Source: Octopus sinensis (Eukaryota). Taken from it: a stretch of DNA of 64,000 nt. Where the stretch lies: assembly GCF_006345805.1 (NCBI RefSeq), contig NC_043002.1, positions 67,890,001-67,954,000 on the forward strand, given 5' to 3'. The notes under the pieces were generated by a model. The model made no database searches and was not told the origin of the DNA. It worked only from the letters and a program-made list of their open reading frames with translations. The position numbers and the translations under genes are program-made. The stretch's first letter is position 1, and each line of letters begins with the position of its first letter. Below, piece by piece: positions 36,414-48,102 of this stretch.

Positions 36414-36612
36414 TTGTGTATCTGTGTTTGTATCCCCACCATCGCTTGACAACTGATGCTGGTGTGTTTACATCCCTGTAACTTAGCAGTTTGGCAAAAG
36501 AGACCGATAGAATAAATACTAGGCTAACAAAGAATAAGTCCTGGGGTCAATTTGCTCGACTAAGGGCGGTGCTCCAGCATGGCTGCAGTCAAATGACTGA
36601 AACAAGTAAAAA
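35490..36612 (+). mobile_element. SINE family A interrupted in its central microsatellite by an RTE fragment
   Basis: head/core at 35490-35670; 3' half with CR1-type tail at 36410-36612. Confidence 0.82.
35711..36365 (+). mobile_element. 5'-truncated RTE LINE
   Basis: RPRKTWDEVVKHDLRALGLTEAMAKDRDLWRYAV, 3' UTR with four subrepeat units, (GAT)n tail. Confidence 0.92.
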
Positions 36613-36711
36613 AGATTAATATAATGCACACATATGATCATAGAATGACCAACACAAAACCAAAGAAATTTTTTCAATTCAACCAATCATGGCATTGGTT
36701 ATAACAATGAG

Positions 36712-37065
36712 GGTTCTAGCCAATCCAATCAACAGAACAGCCTGCTCATGAAATTAATGTGCAAGTGTGGCTGAGCACTCCACAGATATGTGTACTTTTA
36801 ACGTAGTTCTTTGGAAGATTCAGCGTGACACAGAGTGTGACAAGACTGGCCCTTTGAAATACAGGTACAACAGAAACAGGAAGAAAGAGTGAGAGAAAGT
36901 TGTTGTGAAAGAGTACAGTAGGGTTTGCCACCATCCCTTGCTGGAGCCTTGTGGAGCTTTGGGTGTTTTCACTCAATAAATACTCACAGCACTCGGTCTG
37001 GGAATTGAAACCGCGATCCCATGACCACGAGTCCACTGCACTAACCACTGGACCATTGCACCTCC
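36712..37065 (-). mobile_element. SINE family D-related element
   Basis: minus-strand head GGTCCAGTGGTTAGTGC...GGTTTCAATTCC; 3' part shared with 33130-33250. Confidence 0.75.
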
Positions 37066-38199
37066 ACTATTCAATCAATACATTGATAGCTAACATGTTA
37101 CAATAAAAGTTTAGTAATGCTTAAAATATTTTTTTTTGTTTAATTTTAATTTCATTTTATTTCTCTAAAAAAAAGAAATAGACAAAAAAAGAAAAAAAAG
37201 ATACTTCTCTGAATATTAGACAATTATTTTGAGTGCAAACTTTAATTTGATTTTCTAATTTTAGATATAAGGTTTAATTTCCAACCTGTTTTCAAAAGCT
37301 AATTGTGAGCATGACCCAGAAGCCACAATAGTCGATTCATAGTTCGTGTCATTTAGAGACACAAATGACGCACACAGCTTACATTAAAGTATCTACTAAC
37401 AAACTGGTGCTCTATTATAGCCTTAATTCTGGTCAACAAGGTAGCAATAGAGATTGATTTGACTACAAATTAACAACAAGCTAGTCAGTCAGTCTGCTGT
37501 AATTCGGAAGTATGGGGAAAGTTAAGCGTCAAGTCTGTGCCACAATCATCTCATGTCTTTGTAGTAGGTACAAATTTTGAAATGACCAGTTCTCTTTCAA
37601 CAACATTTAAAACATCCTAATTGTACATTCCTTATTGTGTTCAAAGTAGGCAAAGCGTTTATATATTACATATGTTATAGCTTACTTCCTTTATGATTAG
37701 GAAACTAGTTAAGTAGACACAAACAACCGTCCTGGCTATCATTAGAGTGCTCAAACTTAAAGGAAATGATTAAGTATAAAGTTGTGTCATATTTACCTGT
37801 CATTCTTTGACTACAGCTAAACACTTCTAACTATTAACGAAGATTTACATTTCTTCTTTTGAAAGAAGACTTAAAATAGCGATAATACATTGCTTTCGCT
37901 TTACATGAGAAAATAGAATTATTACCCAGTAAATGACATTAAATGGAACAAAAGAAAGATATTTATTGTTTTAGAATTTAAAAATTTTCATTCAAATTCC
38001 AAATTGGATTTTCAGATCCAATTTGGAACTTTTAATGAATTTACAATAAATTTTTCGGATCTTAAATAGTATTAATTAAAATAATTAGCAAACGAAATTA
38101 TGTAATGATTATTTAAAAAAAAAATTTTTTTGTCTTCTGTAGAATGACATTAAAAAAAAAAATCTAACCTTGTTAATTTGAATTTAGAAGAATAAAATC

Positions 38200-38245
38200 A
38201 TCATCGTTGTCATCATAGTCATTGCCATTGTTATCATCATCATCA

Positions 38246-38293
<48 letters not shown>

Positions 38294-38352
38294 TCATCAT
38301 CATCATCATCATCATCAATATCATTATCATCATCATTATCATTGTCATCATA
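38200..38352. repeat. (CAT)n/(CGT)n trinucleotide microsatellite
   Basis: direct inspection; source of the poly-Asp ORF. Confidence 0.95.
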
Positions 38353-39249
38353 ACATTGACATGCAGTTATCTTTCTTAAAGTAAAACTTAATACATAAAA
38401 GTGTGTATGTATGCATATATGTATGTACATATGTATGAGTGAACATATGTATGTGTGTATGTATGTGTGTGTGTTTATGAATATGTATGTATATGTGTGC
38501 ATGTGTGTATATATACAGTATATTCAAAGTTGTAGGCCACACTTTTGTACCCTGGGTGGCTAAAATTTTATGAAAGGATACATTTTTCAGGGTGGAGGTC
38601 AAAGTTATATAATTTTTAGATTCTATATTTATTTATTTTGCACATTTTTATAAAGCTCAGCTAGAAAAAAATTTTGAATTTCTTGCAAAAAAATTTTATT
38701 GAATCAACATCTCCAGGAAAAAAATTGAAGATTGCTGGCATCAGTTTAAAATCAATTTCTGATCCCACACCATCCACCACAGACTGAATTAATGAAATTA
38801 AATTTCATGGGCTGGACAAAGCTGTGTACAATTGATAGGAATATATGTGTGTGCATCATCATCATCATCATCATTTAATGGATGTTAAATGATGATGATG
38901 ATGATGATGATGATATATATCAATTTCATTGATTTAATATTCACTTTTCCATGCTCCCATGGACTGAATAGAATTCATTTAGACAGAATTTTCTATAGGC
39001 AGTTACCCTTCCTGTCACCAACTATCCCTTGTTTCCAAGCTGGGTAGTATTTTCCCATGACCAGACATCTTTTTACAGAATATTGAAAATACGCACAGAT
39101 ATTTATAATAATCAGTGTACAGTATTATATATCCAATATGGCTGATCTTGCCAATTGGTTTCACACTAAGGGTTCAACAGAATGTTAGATAACAGTCCGA
39201 TTATGTAACTCTGCACTCATCAGAGCATATATATATATATATGTTTATT

Positions 39250-39432
39250 TCTTTATTGCCCACAAGAGGCTAACCACAGAGGAGACAGACAAGGACAGAC
39301 AAAGGGAGTAAGTCGATTACATTGACCACAGTGCATAACCTCAGCAGAATTTGAACTCAGAACACGTTGATGGATGAAATACCACTAAGCATTTTGCCTG
39401 GCATGCTAATGATTCTGCCAGCTCGCCACTCT
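39250..39432 (-). mobile_element. SINE family C
   Basis: GCAGAATTTGAACTCAGAAC...CATGCTAATGATTCTGCCAGCTCGCC. Confidence 0.85.
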
Positions 39433-39589
39433 CTAGAGCATATTTATATAGCCGCACATGCATGTTCATTTTTATGTACAATGCATGCATATATATATAT
39501 GTGTGTGTGTATGTGTGTGTGTGTATGTATGAGTGAGTGGACAAACAAAAGAAGGGTACTTAACACGTTTATTGGGAGTTACATTAATG

Positions 39590-40301
39590 GATCAAAACAG
39601 TTTGATTCAAATTTGTTGGTACTCAAGAGTTTCAAGTGTGATGCTAATCTTCAGCCATTTTGAATTTGAATGAGGAAGTAGAATGTTACTACCGTAAGGT
39701 GGGCTGCAATTGGTTGAGGAAGGTCACGTGGTGTCCAGATATGTGTAGTCATTCATATGTATAATGTATGTATGCATATATGCATGCATGCATATATATG
39801 TGGAGGGGAGGCAGGTGTGTGTGTGCATGAATGTGTATGTGCACCTGTGTGCATGTGTGCATGCACGTGCCTGTCCATTCATATATCTATAGATATATAT
39901 GTGGGTGGGGTATGCGCATGCATGCCCATGTACAGATGCACATGCATACATCAATACAGACACGCATGCAAAATCATATGAGCATGTCCACACACACATA
40001 TTCAACTATATATTTGTGCATACCACCCCTTCCTACTTCCTCTCTAACAACCTGACTGATTTCTTGACAACCACGTGGTCTATTTCCTGTTGACTGTGTG
40101 GTGTTTTCTAACGAACTGTTGTCACTGGTATATGGTTATACCAACATCAAACAACGACACCATGTGACCTTCCTTGACCAATCACAGCACAACTTTCAGT
40201 AATAACAATCAACTCCTTTCATTCAAATTCAAAATGGCTAAAAGATTAGCATCATGCTTGAAACTCACTGAGTACCAACGAATTTGAATCAAACTGCTTT
40301 G

Positions 40302-40304
<3 letters not shown>
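39590..40304. mobile_element. non-autonomous element with ~146 bp terminal inverted repeats, superfamily unassigned
   Basis: 39590-39735 vs 40156-40304 are imperfect reverse complements starting GATCAAA(A/G)CAGTTTGATTCAAATT; interior mostly low complexity. Confidence 0.8.
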
Positions 40305-40341
<37 letters not shown>

Positions 40342-40346
<5 letters not shown>

Positions 40347-40700
40347 TCATCATCATCATCATCATCAGTTAATGTCTGTTGTCCATGCTGGCATGGGTTG
40401 GATGGTTTGACCTTCCTGGCATGCTGGAAGGCTGCACCTGACTCCAGTCTAATTTGGCATGGTTTTCTACAGCTGGATGCCCTTCCTAATGCCAACCACT
40501 CTGAGAGTGTAATTGGTGCTTTTACATACCACCGGAACAGGTGCCAATTGCATGACGCCAGTATCTGCACGACTGCAATCTTGCTCAGCTTGATAGGTTT
40601 TCTTCTCAAGTACAACATAATGCCAAAGGCCTCGGTCATTGCCTCCATGACGTCCAACACTTGAAAGGAACTCAGCCACTTTGCCTCCATTAAGCCCAAT
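40342..40700 (-). mobile_element. RTE 3' end fragment
   Basis: (CAT)n, GGCATGGGTTGGATGG, GGATGCCCTTCCTAATGCCAACCAC. Confidence 0.85.
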
Positions 40701-41557
40701 ATATATACATATATATATATACACACACATACACACATATATATATATATATATATTTTTTTACACACACACAAACACTATGAGTTTATTTTAGCTTCTG
40801 TCTTCAAAATCTACTCACAATGTTTTGGCCAGTCTGAGGCTATAGAAGAAGACACTTGGCCAAGGTGCTATGGAGTGGAAGTGAACCTGGAACCATGTGG
40901 TTGGGAAGCAAACTTCTCAACCTCACAGCATGCACCTGCACTTACCTCATCATTATCATTTAGCATTCATTTTCCATGCTGGCATGAGTCGGATGGTTTC
41001 ATAAGATATAACAAGCTGCAGGACTGCATTGAGCTCTGAATTTCAGATGAGCTGCAGGACTGCATTGAGCTCTGAATTTCAGATTTTACATTGTTTTTGA
41101 AGCTGGATGCCTTTGCTAATGTCAACCACTTTATAGTGTGTACTGGGTATGGCACCAGGGAGGTCACCAAGTAACTTACAGGAAAAGAAAGTAAAAAAAG
41201 GACCCTTTTGACTGAGTGGGTTGTATGTTTGAGGGGAAGGTGGTTTTATGTCTGGTCTTAAGAGGCTAAACTATGATAGCACATAGAGAAGACACATGGC
41301 TACCACACACACACACACACACACATGAGAGAAAGGTTACACAGGAAAAACAATGGTAATGTTATGAACTCCATTAGCTTACAGCCGTTTCTGTTATAAA
41401 ATGCAGTGGGCTCTTAGTTGAGTTCAGGCACTCAACTAACTACTTATCTAGCACTTCCTTCTGAAAAATACGTATATTGAGTTCTACACCAGGCTATAAG
41501 TCTCACAATGCCTAGGCAAAATATTGAAACGTGTGTCTATGTGTGTAAAAATATATG

Positions 41558-41622
<65 letters not shown>

Positions 41623-41624
<2 letters not shown>

Positions 41625-41950
41625 CATCATCATCATTATCGTTTTATGTCCGTTTTCCAAGCTGGCATGGGTTGGACGGTTCGACTGGGCTCTGGGAAGC
41701 CAGGAGGCTGCACTAAGCCCCAATCTGATCTGGCAGTATTTCTACAGCTGGATGCTCTTCCTGACGCCAACCACTCTGAGTGTATAGTAAGTGCGTTTTA
41801 TGTGCCACCAGCACGGAGGCCAGTCAAGGCAACGCTGGCATTGAACACATTTGGATGGTGCTTTTTACGTGCTACTGGCATGGTGGTCACAACTACAATT
41901 TCCATTTGATTTGATTCTGATATTGCTGATGTTGATGTAACAGCATCACC
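41623..41950 (-). mobile_element. RTE 3' end fragment
   Basis: same blocks as above plus two subrepeat units. Confidence 0.87.
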
Positions 41951-41969
41951 AATATCAAAATCAAATCAA

Positions 41970-42001
<32 letters not shown>

Positions 42002-42266
42002 GTATGTATACACACATATTCTCTGGTCCCTGCATGGATGTGGCTCTGTTGAGATGCTGTATGGCTGAGATAATTTCTTTCATTGATCACCAATGGCTAT
42101 AAGTGATAGTTTTGGGCGTCTTTCTCTTTTGTTTTCTCTTTCATTTCTTTCTCTTCTTATGTTTATTTTTTAAATTATACTTTTATCTATTATTCTTTTG
42201 CTAGTTCCTACGTCATTGTCAAATTCACTGATGAACAAGTTATCTGTGTGTGTGTGAGTGTGTGTT

Positions 42267-42307
<41 letters not shown>

Positions 42308-42377
42308 TTTAAGCTGATCGTGTGCATACGCCCATATATATGTATGTATTCATTTGTATATGTAAGTATTTGTATGT

Positions 42378-42410
<33 letters not shown>

Positions 42411-43459
42411 TTATTTATGTGCTATCTGAATATATTCCACTGAGGAAGGCAGAGCATTTCTTATGCAGAGTCAGAAATCTGGGATCTGGAATTATCCAGT
42501 AATTTTTTTTTTTTTTTTTCCTAGTTTATTTTCTCTTGTCTTCACTCCTAGTACTGTATGAACATTTAATGTGGTTTTAGAGTCAAGTTTTGGCTGCTAT
42601 TTCCAGCGTGGTGGTATCTCTTAGATACCCTAAATTATAATTTTAATAATAATTATTACCTTTGAAGGTTTTTATTCCCATGTTGGCCACCTGATAAGAT
42701 TGGTATTTAAATAACGATCTTATCCTTATTTATATAAATAAAACTTAGAAAATACTATTTATTATTTATTGTACTTTATTGATTTAAAATAAGGTTTTTT
42801 CTATAGTATATATTTTCTACATGGTGTGAATTACATCTTTCTTTTATGAATTGATTAATAATGGTTTTTCTCTAAATTATATACATATATTATATATTGT
42901 GAAATATATATATAATGTTCTGTAGGTAATTAACAAAATATTTTAAAACTATGTAATTCAATCATCCAGAGGGAGCAGTAGTGCAACTAAATAGATACTT
43001 ATTGATCATATAATAAATTACAGTTGCTAGGTTAAGTTACTACATTTAAGAGAGAGAGAAAGAAAGTGAGAGAGAGATACAACTCATTGACTTTGTACAA
43101 AGTCAATAAAAACATAAATACAAACACTTGTACACGCACACAGGCACACAAACATAAACACTGACACACACACACAAGCATAAGCACATAGACACAAACA
43201 CACATTGACTTGCAATATTTGGTTCCCCAATCCTATTTTCTCGGCTTTGTAGAGAGCAGCAACATGAATTCCCAGAGTTCATTGAAGTGAAACATTGTAG
43301 ATAAAAACATGGAGATCAAGTCATGATGCACAGAAAAGGCTATAAAGTCCTGAGAAATATCTTATTGTAATGACTGTCTTCAATCTACTGTTATTATATC
43401 ACACATGTGTATATGTGTGTGTGAGAGTGCGTAAAATATCTACATACACCCACATAAAA

Positions 43460-44260
43460 ACAGGAGGGTGTCCTGGATAAGTTAATCAAGTAATGCAGTA
43501 AGATGTACCCAATGACTGACAAAGCATTACCATTGTATACTGTTACAAAGATGATGCATTAGACAGCGGAAATTATGGAGGAAACAAACTACTGGATCAG
43601 GTTATGAAGGTCACAAAACGAGTCGTAGCACAATTGATCCTTGACAGAATAGATCTAGATGAGATGCTGTTGATTTCATACCTGGCAGCTGCAGGAGAAA
43701 TACTTGGCTGAGAATAAGCCGTTATTCCTGATATCCCTTGACTTGGAGCAAGCATTTGATAGAGTACCATGTTCGATAATGTGATAGTCACTAACAAAAA
43801 TATGTATAGAAGAATGGCTTGTGAGAGTTGTACAAGCTATGTATAAGGATGTATTAAGTAAAGGGAGAGGGTTAATAATGATTTCAATGAATTTAGCATG
43901 AATCAAGGAATCTGTCAAAGTTCAATTGGTCATTCTTTCCTATTCGTCATAAGCTTACAGGCTATCTCAGGAGTTTAAGTCTGACTGTCCATGGGAATTC
44001 TTAAATACTGTTGATCTAATTCTCATTGTTGAATCTGTAGTAAAATTAGAGAGGAAACTTTAGGCGTGGAAGTTAAACCTAGAACAAAGAGGCCTCAACA
44101 TAAAACTTGGAAAATACTAAGGTTTTATTTAGTAGGAAAGAAGACAGAGCCCTAGAATCTTTAAGGAAATGGCCTTAGTCACTATGCAGAAAAGAAGTAG
44201 ATATAGACTCCATATACTGTACTCAATGTAAGCTATGGGCACAAGAGATATAATGGAACC
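43460..44260 (+). mobile_element. decayed RTE reverse transcriptase region
   Basis: piecewise translation DALDSGNYGGNKLLDQVMKV, LQEKYLAENKPLFLISLDLEQAFDRVP, PWEFL, DSIYCTQCKLW; many stops. Confidence 0.82.
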
Positions 44261-44269
44261 ACTAGCAGA

Positions 44270-44570
44270 CTCTCCATCATTTTCATCATCATCACTGTTT
44301 AACGTCTGTTTCCCATGCCAGCATGGGTTGGACGGTTTGACTGAGGTCTGGAGAGCCAGCAGCTGTACCAGGGTCCAATTTGATCTAGCAATGTTTCTAC
44401 AGCTGGATACCCTTCCTAACGCCAACCACTCCGAGAGTGTAGTGGGTGCTTTTTATGTGCCACTGGCACAGGAGCCAGTCAAGCAGCCCTGGCATTGATC
44501 ACGTTCAAATAGTGCTTTTTATGTGCCACCAGCATGGGAGCCAGTCAAGGGGTACTGGCATTGGCTGTGG
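44270..44570 (-). mobile_element. RTE 3' end fragment
   Basis: (CAT)n, GCATGGGTTGGACGG, GGATACCCTTCCTAACGCC, two subrepeat units. Confidence 0.87.
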
Positions 44571-45189
44571 TAGGGCCCAGTAAATGTATATACATAAGCT
44601 CACTGGGCCCTACCCTTGCACCCAATCTGTCCTCTGTCATGCCTTGCCCACCTCCCATCTTCTTAAAACCCATTTCTCCATCACTCTCCTAACTATGGCA
44701 CCATTCAGCCTCTGTAGTTGTATGAAAGTAGAATCTGCACATATTTCATCCTCTTTTGGGCTACAAGTTACCTCCTACTGTCTCTAGAACTACTTCCTTT
44801 TAAACTCCATCCTTCATTCTCAATGTCATCCCTTTGAACTTCATTTTCCACTAATCACCTCTCTATACCACCCTGTTATCTCTCTTTCTTCTGAACTACA
44901 TTTTAGGACTGCCATACCTCATCTTCAATACTTTCTCAAATCTGCTGTCATTCTCAACATCCTCTCATCTCTGCCATTGGCATCCACCACTTCTTTGTCT
45001 CCGACTCACTATAGCCATCACTGTGTATCTCTGAATTCTGTCTCTGTCATTGTACATTTCTCTCTCTCCCAATTTTCCCACATCATCCCCTTATTTTCTG
45101 ATCTGACTCCAGGTTTTCCACCTTTTCTGTACAACTTATTTATCACCTATTCCTTACTAAGGCTTTCCTATACCGTTCACTTTCCTCTG

Positions 45190-45742
45190 TGTGGTGTTAT
45201 GGGCTGTGATGAGCTATGTGATGTTGGTGGAGAATATTGCAGATGGGGCAAACGGAAGTGAAGACTGCAGGGGCTTGCAGAAGAGCCACGGGGGCATGTG
45301 TGGGCAAAAAGCATGTGCGAGCAGTTCGATGAGAGATGGCAATGTGCAAGGACGTGTTTATTCTTGACAGTGATCGCTCATTCCGCCTCAGTCAACAGGT
45401 AAGGTCTCTGTATTTCTTTCTCCCTTTTGCTTTTTTTTTTTCTGTGTTATGGGCCGAAATAGCTTGTAGGGTGATGGAGGAAAAAGACGACAGAAAAAGA
45501 AGCAAAAGGGAGAAAGAAATACAGAGACCTTACCTGTTGATCTAGGTGGGATGAGCGATCACTGTCAAGAATAAGCATGTCCTTGCATGCTGCCGTCTCT
45601 CATCGAACTGCCTGCACATGCTTTTTGCCCATGCATGCCCCTGTGGCTCTTCCACCGGCCCCTGCAGTCTTCACTTCTGTTTACCTCATCTGCAATCCTC
45701 TCCACCAACACCACATAGCTCATCACAGCCCATAACACCACA
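45190..45742. mobile_element. foldback MITE with ~255 bp inverted arms
   Basis: 45190-45445 vs 45490-45742 are imperfect reverse complements; ends TGTGGTGTTATGGGC...GCCCATAACACCACA; 44 nt spacer; no clear TSD. Confidence 0.88.
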
Positions 45743-46069
45743 AACACCACACTCTGCATGATGATATTTACCATCAACTACATCTCCATTCTTCCTCAAC
45801 ATTCACAGCATTCATTCTACCCCCATCTTTAATCAAGTCATCCTCCTCTCATGCCCTAATGTATTTATTCAGCTACCCTTCCCAACCCTCTGTCCATATT
45901 CTCTCTTAAACTCACCTTCCTTGAGAATATGTTCTGAAAACTTGTCACCACCATCTTTGTCTTCCTTCCAGTTACTCCCACTCACTTTATAAAATGTGGG
46001 ATAGCCACTAATCTATTTTATAGCAAAACATCTGAGCCAGTCCTCTCTATTATACTTTAGCTTCTCAAC

Positions 46070-46720
46070 ACCTAGCATGGTTTTAGTGAAGTTCAAAGTA
46101 GCAATAAGAATAGGTTTTGTTATTCACACATAATAATCTCTTATGACATACTGGAAGAAATGACATTCATTTTTGTTTGGGAATTTGTCGAGCCAGTCTA
46201 TTACTTCGTAAGTGTTATTCTAGAGAAGTAATGTTGATTTTGTTTTTATATTTGGTGACAATTTGTCTGATTTTTTTTTTTTTACTAATGATGCCTAGTC
46301 CAGTTCTGAAAGATTTACAAGTCTCATGGAAGGGTTGTCATTGAAGTTTGGTTTGTCTTCTTTCATGGTTATATATGGACATTTTGGTGTTAATGTGTCT
46401 ACTCTATTGTCTATTTTAAGCTTAATGACTATTTCTTTGGCTGTGGTGTTTATATTGTTTAAAGCTGCATTTTTTTCGTTTGCATTAGAGAGAAAGCAGT
46501 TATAAGTGGTTTTACTTACCTGGTTGAAATTGTTTGACTTGTCTGATTTTACAAATATATTTAGAATTGTTTTTTTTTGTGGTTGATTTTCTGTTTCAGT
46601 TCTTTTTGCGATTTGTTGATTTGCTTTTTGAGTTTCAATTGCTTAATCATTGCAAATAGGTCATGTTTGAAGGGTTGTAGCAATAGGGTATGTCAACAAA
46701 ATCTCGACACACCCAGTTAC
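46070..46720 (-). pseudogene. decayed Penelope-like retroelement RT fragment
   Basis: IFVKSDKSNNFNQV...AKEIVIKLKIDNRVD...PYITMKEDKPNFNDNPSMRL...EVIDWLDKFPNK...CHFFQYVIRDYY resembles PLE motifs VxADKT, ITLKDHKPNF.NP.CRLINP and FIQFDI.DFYPSI (recalled, not aligned). Confidence 0.7.
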
Positions 46721-47167
46721 TAAGGTTTTAAATACTGAACTTTGTATCTTTGACCTTTACATTGTCAAAGCAAAGGATTAAATTCGATAAAACCAAAAAC
46801 AACTAAAATTGCAAGTATATCCTGTGCCTGCTTAACAAAAGGGACACACCTAAATATGCACACTTGCTTACAAACTTATTGCACATGAATAAATTCTAAA
46901 CAATAACATAGCCCCAAATTTAATCAATCAAAAATTTTTCCAAAACACCTCTCCATAACAATCCAGCCTAAACCTAATTGCCACTCCACTCAAACCTACG
47001 CACCAAAGGAAGTTTTTTTTAACACAGCAGAGATTATATAAAGCCTAGATTAACTTTAATAAACCACATTCGTATGATGGCTTAACTGGCCAAAACTGTA
47101 AAGTCACTGTCAATAATATTCTTGTTTAAGAATAACAAATACACACACACACTCACACACACATATA

Positions 47168-47369
47168 CAAGGGGGTGCTGAAAAGTTCCTGGCTTTGGGT
47201 AAAAGAAAATACAGGAGGACAAGTTAATTATGATTTTATGCAGCATTCACACACTTACTGCAGCAGTCCTTCAGTTTTTCTAAGCCCTGTGAAAGAACTT
47301 GGAAGGCTGAGCCTCCAGCCAGACCTTTTGTGATACCCTTAAATTCAGTAACTTCCCAGTACCCCCTCA
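47168..47369. mobile_element. mariner-type MITE
   Basis: TA|CAAGGGGGTGCTGAAAAGTT...AACTTCCCAGTACCCCCTCA|TA: imperfect 20 bp TIRs, TA duplication. Confidence 0.78.
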
Positions 47370-47731
47370 TATATGGATACTCCCATGAGAGACGACGTAT
47401 GAGCATTCAGCTTTTGACAAACGACCTGCACAAAGGATTTGTTTATAGTGATCAAATGTTCATGCTGCGCATTAGCTCACTCTTTCCATCAAATCGATGT
47501 TGTCTGAATAGATGTATGGTGTACCACATGTTGGGTGTCTAAATGATCGCATAGCAACATTAGATAAAGCATTTTGCTCAAGAACACAATGCAATAGCTA
47601 GTCTAGGAATTGAAATCACAATCTCACGATCGTGAGTGCAACACCCAAACCACTAAGCCATGTACTTATATGTATATAATATATATATATAATTTATATT
47701 TATATATGTGTATATATATATATATTATATA

Positions 47732-47855
47732 CTAGCAGTATAACCCGGTTTTGCCCGGGATTAAGTTAGGATTATTAAGCTAATCAAGTTCTTTATTTCA
47801 AACCAAACTAAGTAATATCGACGTCAAATTTAGGTGAAATCCGTTGAAATTGGTT

Positions 47856-47860
<5 letters not shown>
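47732..47860 (-). mobile_element. short Helitron derivative
   Basis: minus strand CCCGGGCAAAACCGGG-TTATACTG-CTAG|T 3' end, same architecture as 34038; flanked by (TA)n. Confidence 0.7.
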
Positions 47861-47895
<35 letters not shown>

Positions 47896-47959
47896 ATAGA
47901 AATATTAAAATTACTAAGTCTCTCTAAAAGAGATTACGGCAGCGTTACTGGAAATTAAT

Positions 47960-48040
47960 TGTTATCGCCATATTAATATGGCAGTCTTATAGACAGCTTT
48001 TAGTCTTATATCTATAAGACTGCCATATTAATATGGCGAT

Positions 48041-48044
<4 letters not shown>
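47960..48044. repeat. perfect 34 bp inverted repeat with nested 16 bp palindromes
   Basis: TGTTATCGCCATATTAATATGGCAGTCTTATAGA, 17 nt spacer, exact reverse complement. Confidence 0.97.

Positions 48045-48102
<58 letters not shown>

Noticed and set aside
38173-38502. Poly-Asp ORF
   Set aside because: (GAT)n/(GAC)n microsatellite; no splice or coding context.
41013-41085. ~36 bp direct duplication
   Set aside because: Simple slippage inside a decayed RTE tail; no further significance.
46513-46545. Perfect minus-strand donor CAG|gtaagt
   Set aside because: Falls inside the PLE RT reading frame (FNQVSK), so it is incidental.
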